From positions 576,001-640,000 of the forward strand of contig CBDANF010000002.1 in NCBI GenBank assembly GCA_965197475.1: a stretch of 64,000 bases of DNA, written 5' to 3'. Under the pieces are notes generated by a model. It ran no database searches. It was not told the DNA's origin and saw nothing but the letters and a program-made list of their open reading frames with translations. Shown piece by piece: positions 10,712-19,678 of this stretch. The DNA comes from Candidatus Poribacteria bacterium (GTDB lineage Bacteria > Poribacteria > WGA-4E > WGA-3G). The position numbers and the translations under genes are program-made. Position 1 is the stretch's first letter. Each line of letters opens with the position of its first letter.

Positions 10712-10827
10712 AGACAAAAGTCTTATGTATAAGTTCGAATTTTCGGAAAAAAATGAGTGGTAGGTCGTTTATTCTGTGTTTTTCAGAAAATTTCACAGAT
10801 AAAGTCGTTTTTTTTTAAACAATTTGC

Positions 10828-10857
10828 TTGACAGAACGTTATAGTATAATGTATTAT
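10828..10857 (+). promoter_or_regulatory. Putative sigma-70 promoter for the sigma factor gene
   Basis: TTGACA-N18-TATTAT about 50 bp upstream of the ATG. Confidence 0.5.
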
Positions 10858-10906
10858 ATATCTTTGGTAGATTATGATAGAAATTTTTAATAAGGAGAGG
10901 AGACGA

Positions 10907-11875
10907 ATGGAAACCGAGTTTTTCGGTGAAACAGAAAACATCAATGGTGTTGACTCATATATAGATGAAGTGTATCCGTCGGAAGAAACGGAATATGTGA
11001 ACGACTACAAAGGTAGTGATCGGACTGCTTTAACGAGTTGGTTACGTAGTGTTGCGGGGCACCGTTTATTAACCCGCGAGGAAGAAGTTGAATTAGCGAA
11101 ACGGATTGAAGCGGGTGATACCTCTGCACGCGATGAGCTTGTTCAAGCTAATTTACGGCTTGTCATTTCTATTGCGGTCAGGTATCAGGGAAACAAGGTC
11201 CCGCTTGAAGACCTGATTCAGGAAGGAAATATTGGATTAATCAAGGCAGCAGGTAAGTTTGATTATCGGAAGGGTTTTAAGTTTAGCACATACGCGATTT
11301 GGTGGATTAAGCAATCAATTATGCGGACACTTGATAACTTTGCTCGGTCTATTCGGTTGCCGGCGTATATCGTCGCGAAGATGAACAAGTTTGACGCGAC
11401 CTATGCGGCACTTTGCCAAGAACTTCAGCGGGAACCGACACGTACCGAAATAGCGGAAGCACTTGACTTAACCGTCCAACAAGTAGAGGAAATCCTTACC
11501 TTTAATGCGGATACCATTTCAATGGATTTGCCTCTTGGGGATGAACGTACATCTCGTACGGCGGCGACGTTAGGTGATTTGATTGAAGACCCAACAACAG
11601 CTTCCGAAGATGGAGCGATTGAACAATTGATTACACATGATTTGGTAGAGCAATTTCTCAGCAAACTTTCTGAACGCGAGCAGCAGGTTTTGAAAATGCG
11701 TTTTGGTCTTGACGATGGAGAACGCAAAACACTTCGAGAAATCGGAGATGCCCTTGATGTAACCCGTGAACGTATACGACAGTTGGAAATCTATGCAATA
11801 TCTCAGTTAAGCAACCTTTACAACGAAATGGGTGAATTCCGCTCAGAATACAAGGCTGATCGAACGGCTGCTTGA
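10907..11875 (+). CDS. RNA polymerase sigma-70 factor, RpoD/RpoS-like (no region 1.1)
   Basis: LLTREEEVELA, ANLRLV, DLIQEGNIGL, KFSTYAIWWIKQ and VTRERIRQLE. AGGAG precedes ATG 10907. Confidence 0.95.
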   Translation: METEFFGETENINGVDSYIDEVYPSEETEYVNDYKGSDRTALTSWLRSVAGHRLLTREEEVELAKRIEAGDTSARDELVQANLRLVISIAVRYQGNKVPLEDLIQEGNIGLIKAAGKFDYRKGFKFSTYAIWWIKQSIMRTLDNFARSIRLPAYIVAKMNKFDATYAALCQELQREPTRTEIAEALDLTVQQVEEILTFNADTISMDLPLGDERTSRTAATLGDLIEDPTTASEDGAIEQLITHDLVEQFLSKLSEREQQVLKMRFGLDDGERKTLREIGDALDVTRERIRQLEIYAISQLSNLYNEMGEFRSEYKADRTAA

Positions 11876-11898
11876 GTTGGATTCGCCGAAAGGTATTT

Positions 11899-12513
11899 AT
11901 GAAGAATCTGTTTAAAAAACTCGCGGGATCTGAAGCATCTTTATTGGAAGTTACAAAAACCGCGCAAGAAAAGATTCAAGCTGTTATTGATGCTGAAGAG
12001 GTGGAAGTGGAAGGACTGCGGATTGGTATTGAGGGACGCACTGCTTCTGCTTTCCAATATAGCCTTGGCTTGGCTACCGAAGCTGAAGAGGGCGACATCG
12101 TCCTTGATATTGGAAGTTTTAAGGTCTTGGTCGATTCAAAAAGTGTTGAAGACCTTAAAGGGGCTATTATTGACTACGTTGAAGACCTCAATTCAAGCGG
12201 ATTTAAGATAGAAAATCCGAATACGCCAACATGGGATAGTCCGAAGGCACAGAAGATTCAAGAACTGATTGATGAACGAATTAACCCAGCTGTCGCAGCA
12301 CATGGCGGGCAGATTGAATTATTAAACGTCGAAGACGATGCTATTTATATCCACATGGGGGGTGGGTGCCAAGGATGTGGCATGGCAAATGTTACGCTCA
12401 AACATGGCATTGAAGCGATGATTCAAGAAGTGTTCCCAGAGATTAAGCAAGTCATTGATACAACTGACCATGCATCGGGGACTAATCCCTATTATTCTGC
12501 AGGAAAAGGGTAG
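11899..12513 (+). CDS. nfuA: Fe-S biogenesis protein NfuA
   Basis: Degenerate A-type carrier N-domain plus NifU C-domain (INPAVAAHGG, GGGCQGCGM, DTTDH). Confidence 0.9.
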   Translation: MKNLFKKLAGSEASLLEVTKTAQEKIQAVIDAEEVEVEGLRIGIEGRTASAFQYSLGLATEAEEGDIVLDIGSFKVLVDSKSVEDLKGAIIDYVEDLNSSGFKIENPNTPTWDSPKAQKIQELIDERINPAVAAHGGQIELLNVEDDAIYIHMGGGCQGCGMANVTLKHGIEAMIQEVFPEIKQVIDTTDHASGTNPYYSAGKG

Positions 12514-12588
12514 AAGAAATTCCCCTGATTTCATAAGTTCGTTCTTACGAAAAGATTGCAATTGAATTCGAGACTGATTCGTTTAATA

Positions 12589-12657
12589 TGTAACATAAAT
12601 TTGTAGCAAAAGTTCCACTATCGTCAACCATATTTTGCATAGAAGGATTTAAAAGTG
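12589..12657 (+). promoter_or_regulatory. Conserved leader element, copy 1
   Basis: Aligns with the reverse complement of 35812-35882; both lie upstream of paralogous cassettes. Confidence 0.75.
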
Positions 12658-12841
12658 TTTTAAAGAGAAAATTTAACTGCTTTCAACTAAGAAACTTCTT
12701 ATCGTCTTTTGTCTTTGCGGGTGCTGCTGTTTTGTGTGGTACTCAAGCGAATGGACGCAACACAGAAGCCACCCGCTTATCCAGACATTGGAGATTATCC
12801 CTGCATATACAACGCAGGAAACCAATAAAGGAGAAACGGAT

Positions 12842-14318
12842 ATGATGGAATTTGTAAAAGACTATTGGAAATCTTCTCTACTCGGTGCGCTTGGGGCACT
12901 CGTGTTACTCTATATCGGACTTTTTATTTACGATGGACTGACCCCGAGCGCAACACAAGAAGTAGTAGATACAGACACCCACAACGCCGCAAAACCACCT
13001 CCATCCGGTGCAAGACTTGCCGCGCGTATCTACCCCTCGAATCAAACGCGTGCGCACCAAGACAAATACCCGCCAAAACCGTGCACTGAAGAACATTGGA
13101 CCTATCCTCCCCATTACATGTGCCATTCCTGCACCACCACCACTCCCAACAGATGTCAAGACGCGCCTTATACAGCTACGGCGGAAAATGGTTATCGCAG
13201 GAACAATGTATGAAATACTGGATGGTGAAAAAGTTGTAACTGAGGCAGCACATAAAAGAAATTTTGAGATACTCGTTGGTGGTATGACTCCAGAGGATGC
13301 TGTCACCTTCCTTGAAACATATCAAATTTATAACCCTCTCATTTTAGACGAATTGGAACCTCGCCGTGCTATTGACTACCTCTATAAAGTAAGGGCGCGT
13401 TGGAAAGACAGAGAAACTTATGCAAGAGGTGTTCTTGCCAGAGCCCCAGACAACCCGGATGCCCAAATGGTGCTGCTGAGTGCTGAACCGGATAACACGA
13501 TAGCGGCTGCAGGATACCGAGATATCGTTAACAGAGATCCTGAGAATCTTCGTGCACTAAACGGTTTAGGATATCGGTTACATTACGATCAACCAGAGGA
13601 AGCGATTGAATACCTAAAGAAAGCGAACAGTCTTGACGCTACACGCGGGTTGTTTAATTTGGGATTGGCGTCCGAACGCCTCGGCGATGTCAAAACCGCA
13701 TGGCTTTACTACAGGAAGCAGCAAACGATACAGAACGGTGACCTCGTTGAACTACATAAACGCGCCATTGAAATGGGCAACCCGTTGTATAAACCGATTT
13801 CGCGCACACCTTCCTCAATATCTGAATCCGATGAAATGCTAATGGACATTGGAGAGATGACACACGAGCAAACGTTCGCACCGGTGGCAGAAGAAACTCC
13901 ATGGCTACCGGAACTTCCATCCCAGGAACGCCACCCATCGGAAAATCAACTGACAGACAAGGATAGCCAAAAAGCCACACGTGCAGAAGCCATACGTGCA
14001 GAATTTCAACGACAGCAAGCCACCGCACAACAGGAGCTTGACGATTTCCTCAAATGGGCAGAAAGCATCATGAATGCGGAAGATACTAATAACCTTGATG
14101 ACTTCCTATCCAAGGAATTCGCGGCACACCTCAACGGCGGTGATGCACAATTTGCCCCGGAACGCACCGTCCGCGCTTATGAAATGATTGAACGATACGG
14201 TCCCGAAAAAGGCTTGCAACGGCTTAAAACAAAGGACCCTGAACTTGCGGAACAGATGGAACGTCTCCTTGAAGCAAAACAACCATCTCGCCGTAATAAC
14301 TCGCAAAACAGAAAATGA
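12842..14318 (+). pseudogene. Membrane-anchored TPR-like protein with a conserved C-terminal helical domain; apparently frameshifted between 13008 and ~13130
   Basis: AAGGAG precedes ATG 12842, which gives a TM helix and KPPPSG. The TPR-like helices and the C-domain (QQELDDFLKW...DPELAEQM) are in another frame. Paralog 33579-34874 has both parts in one ORF. Confidence 0.65.
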
Positions 14319-14377
14319 AGAATGTCCCAGTGTTTTAGATTTAACCATAAACCCATCATTGAAAAAAGGAGATTCAA

Positions 14378-15979
14378 ATGAGATTTACATGTATTTTAAT
14401 CGGCATCTTGTGCCTTCTATGCCTTTTTAACCATGGAAACACCACCCTGGATGCGCAGCAAACAACATCCATCCAGATCGAACAACCATATCTTGACCCA
14501 AATTGGCGGCCAGAGGCGGGCTACTCACTGACTTTTGAGATAAGAGTCACCGTGCCTGCTGATTTCTCCAGTGGGACGCTGATCGCAGTACTCCAGAATG
14601 TGACTAATTATGCCGGTAAAAGTGGAAATGTGGCTGTCCCATCTGACGAAGGCGGCAATCTGGCTGCAGATCTGAAACTACATCAAACGACAGGCTGGTC
14701 GGGGAGCGAGAGTCAGCTCAGCTACACCCTCAGCGGGACAACAGCATCGCATACAGTGTCCCTCCAAGTTAACTGTAAAGATTATGCTGCCTATGGCGAA
14801 TTAAAATTGACAGCATCCGGATCCGGTTATACATCAAACGAGGTCGTTATAAAAATTCCCAAAGATGACAATGGGAATAAAATTGCCGATGGTTGGCAAA
14901 ACGATGTGGACGAGAACGACGAGAACAGAAGCGAAAATTATGACCCGGATGCCGATGCGGATAGTGGTCCCAATTCCAATTCTAATTTTGGTGATGGCAT
15001 CACTGTAATTAACGAATACAGAGGCCTCAATGTCAGCGGCACATGGACAGATACCGACCCAAACGGATGGGATGTCTTTATCCGATCCAAGGTTGGCAGC
15101 GGTGATGCAGGTGCCTTACCCATGACCGTCCATGATATGTCAGAAACGGAAGTATCGTGGATTACCGGGCGGGTCTATCCTTTTGGAATCGGAAGTCAAA
15201 AGGTTTACGCCATTAGACTTGGAGATACCGCAGATGAGAGATCTAGCGAAACAACACTTGGATCTATGAGACAAGGACCTACCCATAGCTACTCAACGGG
15301 GTGGGTAGATGTGGGGCGGATAGAGGAACATGTAGATAATACAGTTGTAAGTGTCAATGAACGCGATTTTTTAGATGGTGCCATTGCACATGAAATCGGG
15401 CACGCGGTTAATCTCTCCCACTGTCCGGATATTGACTGTCCGAACTGTTATATGTGGCGCCAACCTGATTGGCCAATGGCGTATGTAACCCAATTCGCAG
15501 CGCATCATAATTCAGACTACGATTTAACATACGACGGACACATTTATCTGAGTAGCAGTATTCTTACATTCCCTGATAGAGGGTATAGTAGTAATAGAGG
15601 TGTACATATCCGACAAGTTGAAGACGTTAATGGAGACGGTGTTATCAATATTTCGGACCTAACCATAGTTGCGTCAAAGCTGGGTAGTAGTTGGAGCAAC
15701 AACCATCCTACGGATGTTAACAGTGACAGTAGCACCGATATTTCAGATTTGATGCTTGTGGCACAAGAATTAGGCAATACGGCTACCGAATTTCCACATC
15801 TGCCTGAAGACGTTAATGATGACCGTGTTGTCAATATTTTGGATCTACTCGTGGTTAGTTCAAACCTTGGACAGAGCGGAGCACATGCTGCGGATGTTAA
15901 CTGTGACGGAACCGTTGATATTTTAGATTTAGTGCGGGTGGTATCGGCATTTGGGATGACGGTTGCCCCTGAAGAATAG
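14378..15979 (+). CDS. Secreted zinc metalloprotease-like protein with two dockerin-type domains
   Basis: Signal peptide; HEIGHAVNLSHC..DC..CYM metzincin-like motif; four DVNxDxxxxIxDL repeats. Confidence 0.75.
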   Translation: MRFTCILIGILCLLCLFNHGNTTLDAQQTTSIQIEQPYLDPNWRPEAGYSLTFEIRVTVPADFSSGTLIAVLQNVTNYAGKSGNVAVPSDEGGNLAADLKLHQTTGWSGSESQLSYTLSGTTASHTVSLQVNCKDYAAYGELKLTASGSGYTSNEVVIKIPKDDNGNKIADGWQNDVDENDENRSENYDPDADADSGPNSNSNFGDGITVINEYRGLNVSGTWTDTDPNGWDVFIRSKVGSGDAGALPMTVHDMSETEVSWITGRVYPFGIGSQKVYAIRLGDTADERSSETTLGSMRQGPTHSYSTGWVDVGRIEEHVDNTVVSVNERDFLDGAIAHEIGHAVNLSHCPDIDCPNCYMWRQPDWPMAYVTQFAAHHNSDYDLTYDGHIYLSSSILTFPDRGYSSNRGVHIRQVEDVNGDGVINISDLTIVASKLGSSWSNNHPTDVNSDSSTDISDLMLVAQELGNTATEFPHLPEDVNDDRVVNILDLLVVSSNLGQSGAHAADVNCDGTVDILDLVRVVSAFGMTVAPEE

Positions 15980-16006
15980 CACGTTTGATGCAAGGAGAAA
16001 CTGACA

Positions 16007-18121
16007 ATGAAGACTAAATTCCTTTTGATTTTAACCATTTTGTTTGCGGCACTTACATTTACTCCGAACATTTTTCCGCAAGATTCACCGCAATGGCAGC
16101 TACCCGAAGGTGCGAAAATGCGTTTCGGTAAAGGTAGGATATATGAGATAGCATACTCTCCAGATGGCACGCGTTTGGCGGTGGCAAGCTCCATCGGAGT
16201 TTGGCTCTACGATGCGGAGACTGGTGAGGAGCTTGACCTACTCACAGGGCATACAGGTAGAGTTATTAGTGTCGTATTTAGTCCGGATGGAAAAACAATC
16301 GCAAGTGGGAGTACGGACAGAACTATTCGTCTGTGGAATGTGGACACAGGACAACACATCCGCACGCTTACCGGGCATGGAGGGACGGTCCAGAGCGTAG
16401 CGTTCAGTCCGGACGGGAAAAAAATCGCAAGTGGCAGTAGGGATCATACCCTCCGTCTGTGGGATGCGGACACAGGCACACTCCTCCATAAATTAATAGG
16501 ACACCAGGGTGGAGGTGGTCGAGGCGATGTTTTAGCAACTTATGCCTATCTTAGCGTTGCGTTCAGTCCGGATGGGAAGACACTTGCAGGCGGTAATCAA
16601 ACAAGTTTTATCAACCTGTGGGATGTGGATACAGGCATGCTCCTCCGCACGCTCATAAGGAATTATGATCATGGTGATGTCCTTAGCGTGGTATTCAGTC
16701 CGGATGGCAATAAAATCGCAAGCGGCGGTAGCGACGGCACTATCCGTCTGTGGGATGCGGACACAGGCACACCTCTCTACAGGCTCAGCGGGATTACAGA
16801 GCATTTTGCTTTTGTTAGTAGCGTCGTTTTCAGTCCGGATGGAAAAACACTTGCAAGTAGCAGTAGCCACCTCGGTACTATCCATCTGTGGGATGCGGAC
16901 ACAGGCACACCTCTTCGTATACTCACGGGGCATGCGGAGAGTACTTATAGCGTAGTGTTCAGTCCGGATGGCAATAAAATCGCAAGTAGTGGGAGGGACA
17001 GCACTAGTGACAGCACTATCCGTTTGTGGGATGCCCACACAGGACAACCCATCCGCAAACTCGCTGAGCATTTGTTTTTATCCTCTAACGTTGAGTTTAG
17101 TCCGGATGGGGAAATAATCGCAAGCGGCAGCAACAAAGGTACTATCTATCTGTGGGATACTGACACAGGTAAGCTTCTTCGTCTCCTCACGGGACATGAT
17201 CGTCGGGTCCATAGCGTAGCGTTCAGCCCAGATAACAAAACAATCGCAAGTAGCAGTACGGACAGCACTATTCGTCTGTGGAATGCGGACACAGGCACAC
17301 ACATCCGCACAATCAGAGAGTATGGCGGTAGCGTCGTGTTCAGTCCGGATGGAAAAACAATTGTCAGTGGCAGGAATTACCGCACTATTCATCTGTGGGA
17401 TGCGGACACAGGCACACTCCTCCGCACAATCACATGGGATGCAGTTCGAGGCTTTTATAATGTGGTCCTTAGTCCGGATGGAAAAACAATCGCAAGTGGC
17501 AGTTGGGACGGACCTATCTATCTGTTGGATGCGGACACAGGCACACTCCTCCGCACAATCACAGTGCCTCTAAGTGCTGGCAGTACGCTCGCGTTTAGCC
17601 CGGATGGGAAAAAGCTCGTAAGTGACGGTGGTCGCAACCGCACTATACATCTTTGGGATGTGGACACAGGTACACTTCTCCAAACACTTACATGGAGTGG
17701 AGGTGCTGTCTTTAGCATCGCTTTCAGTCCGGATGGCAAGACAATCGCAAGTGGCAGTAGCGACCATACCATCCGTTTGTGGGATGCCCAAACAGGAGGA
17801 GAACCCCGCCGCGCACTTATAGGGCATACGTATTTTGTTACTAGCGTCGCTTTCAGTCCGGATAGCAAGACAATCGCAAGTGGCAGTAGCGATGGGACTG
17901 TGTTACTATGGGATATTGCACCATCACAACTGTCCGAAGATATTAATGGGGACGGTGTTGTGAATATTCAAGATTTAGTTGCTGTGGCACAGGCTTTTGG
18001 CGAAGCGGAACCCGATCTCAACGACGATGGTGTTGTGAATATTCAGGACTTGATCATTGTGGCATCGGCATTTGGGAATACGGTTGCTGCCCCTAAAGAC
18101 TCTGAAAACTCTGAAGAATAG
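16007..18121 (+). CDS. Secreted WD40-repeat protein (~14 repeats) with C-terminal dockerin, copy A
   Basis: Signal peptide; repeated SVAFSPDG..IASG....IRLWD; two D(I/L)NxDGVVNIQDL repeats. Confidence 0.93.
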   Translation: MKTKFLLILTILFAALTFTPNIFPQDSPQWQLPEGAKMRFGKGRIYEIAYSPDGTRLAVASSIGVWLYDAETGEELDLLTGHTGRVISVVFSPDGKTIASGSTDRTIRLWNVDTGQHIRTLTGHGGTVQSVAFSPDGKKIASGSRDHTLRLWDADTGTLLHKLIGHQGGGGRGDVLATYAYLSVAFSPDGKTLAGGNQTSFINLWDVDTGMLLRTLIRNYDHGDVLSVVFSPDGNKIASGGSDGTIRLWDADTGTPLYRLSGITEHFAFVSSVVFSPDGKTLASSSSHLGTIHLWDADTGTPLRILTGHAESTYSVVFSPDGNKIASSGRDSTSDSTIRLWDAHTGQPIRKLAEHLFLSSNVEFSPDGEIIASGSNKGTIYLWDTDTGKLLRLLTGHDRRVHSVAFSPDNKTIASSSTDSTIRLWNADTGTHIRTIREYGGSVVFSPDGKTIVSGRNYRTIHLWDADTGTLLRTITWDAVRGFYNVVLSPDGKTIASGSWDGPIYLLDADTGTLLRTITVPLSAGSTLAFSPDGKKLVSDGGRNRTIHLWDVDTGTLLQTLTWSGGAVFSIAFSPDGKTIASGSSDHTIRLWDAQTGGEPRRALIGHTYFVTSVAFSPDSKTIASGSSDGTVLLWDIAPSQLSEDINGDGVVNIQDLVAVAQAFGEAEPDLNDDGVVNIQDLIIVASAFGNTVAAPKDSENSEE

Positions 18122-18303
18122 CACGTTTGATTTACCCGAATGGTAGGACGGTTTTCCGCTAAATGCCAGATGCACATTTGGCGTTGATTCATTGTTCCGT
18201 ATCGTTCGCTAAGCCTTTCGTTGCACGAGAGCGGATGGAAAACGCGGAGCGTGCCTGCTACCATGTTCAAATCAATCTGCAAGGAAGTATAAGGAGACAC
18301 ACA

Positions 18304-19524
18304 ATGAAAAACAAGGTTTTTTTGATGTTGACACTATCCATTCTCGTTTTACCCCTCAACTCTCATAGCGACTTTCCTCCGGGGACCATATTTCCTAAGG
18401 ATGTACCGGGGGAGTACCCTGAACCTGTCGAAATACACATTGACGGTGCTGTAGATTACTTACAATATTCACTGGATGGCAAACTATTGGCAGTAGTGGC
18501 TTACCCTGGTTCTGGTCTACACCTCTACAATACACAAACTCTTGAAGAAATCTATCAGATCAAAGCAGAAGAAGGTTTTAATGGGGACTGTATAGCGTTT
18601 AGTCCGGATGGAAAAGTCCTCGCAAGTGGTGGACATCGGGGTAATATCAAGTTGTGGAATGTAGTGACAGGAACACACAAGCAGACGCTAAAAGCCCATT
18701 CAAGGGGTGTATACAGCGTAGCGTTCAGTCCGGATGGACAAACACTCGCAAGTGGCGGGGTAGAGGGATATGTCATCTCAGATGGTGAAAAATTGACTAC
18801 TGGGGCAATCTATTTATGGGATGCAAACACGGGACAACTTCTTCATCGCCTCACGGAGCATAAACGGGGTGTCGCCAGTGTAGCGTTCAGTCCGGATGGC
18901 ATCACACTCGCAAGTGGGAGTTGGGACAACACCGTCCGTCTGTGGGATATAGCAACAGGTACAAACACACAAACTTATATAACAAAGCATCGTAACATAT
19001 TGGGGGTATCGTTCAGTCCGGATGGAAAAATACTCGCAAGTTGGGGGTTGTGGGACAGTATCTATTTATGGGATGCAAGCACGGGTAGTCTTCTTCACAC
19101 GCTTATACGTAGGACAAGTGATACGGATGCCCTTTTTAGCGTTGCCTTCAACTCATATGGTAATACACTCGCCACTGCAAGCGGAGAAGGGGTCCGTATA
19201 TGGGATGTGAATACGGGTAGTTATCTTCACAACATGCCGGAATCTATGAATATACCTCCACGTAGCGTGGCATTCAGTCCAGATGGGCGGACACTCGCAA
19301 GTGGGATGTGGGGCAGCACTGTACGTTTGTGGAATATTGCACCATCACAACTGCCCGAAGATGTTAATGCGGACGGTGTTGTCAATATTCAAGATTTAGT
19401 TGCTGTGGCACAGGCTTTTGGCGAAGCAGAACCGGATTTTAACGGCGATGGTGTTGTTAATATTCAGGACTTGATCATTGTGGCATCGGCATTTGGGAGT
19501 ACGGTTTCTGCCACTGAAGAATAG
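18304..19524 (+). CDS. Secreted WD40-repeat protein (~7 repeats) with C-terminal dockerin
   Basis: AAGGAG precedes ATG 18304 (MKNKVF...); signal peptide; WD40 repeats; dockerin. Confidence 0.9.
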   Translation: MKNKVFLMLTLSILVLPLNSHSDFPPGTIFPKDVPGEYPEPVEIHIDGAVDYLQYSLDGKLLAVVAYPGSGLHLYNTQTLEEIYQIKAEEGFNGDCIAFSPDGKVLASGGHRGNIKLWNVVTGTHKQTLKAHSRGVYSVAFSPDGQTLASGGVEGYVISDGEKLTTGAIYLWDANTGQLLHRLTEHKRGVASVAFSPDGITLASGSWDNTVRLWDIATGTNTQTYITKHRNILGVSFSPDGKILASWGLWDSIYLWDASTGSLLHTLIRRTSDTDALFSVAFNSYGNTLATASGEGVRIWDVNTGSYLHNMPESMNIPPRSVAFSPDGRTLASGMWGSTVRLWNIAPSQLPEDVNADGVVNIQDLVAVAQAFGEAEPDFNGDGVVNIQDLIIVASAFGSTVSATEE

Positions 19525-19545
19525 CACGCTTAATGCCACATAAAC

Positions 19546-19630
19546 GGTAGGAGCGATTTTCAAATCATGACACATTCCGTAGGAGCGATCTCCGAATCGT
19601 GACCGGTCGGGAATCGGAATTCCCTCCTAC
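19546..19630. repeat. Cluster of GTAG-type REP-like hairpins
   Basis: gtaggagcgat...aatc(a/g)tgac twice, plus an inverted gggaatcggaattccctcctac. Confidence 0.6.
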
Positions 19631-19678
19631 CTTTGTCCTGGGTTTGTAATGATTTCCATAAAAAGGAGATATTGGACA

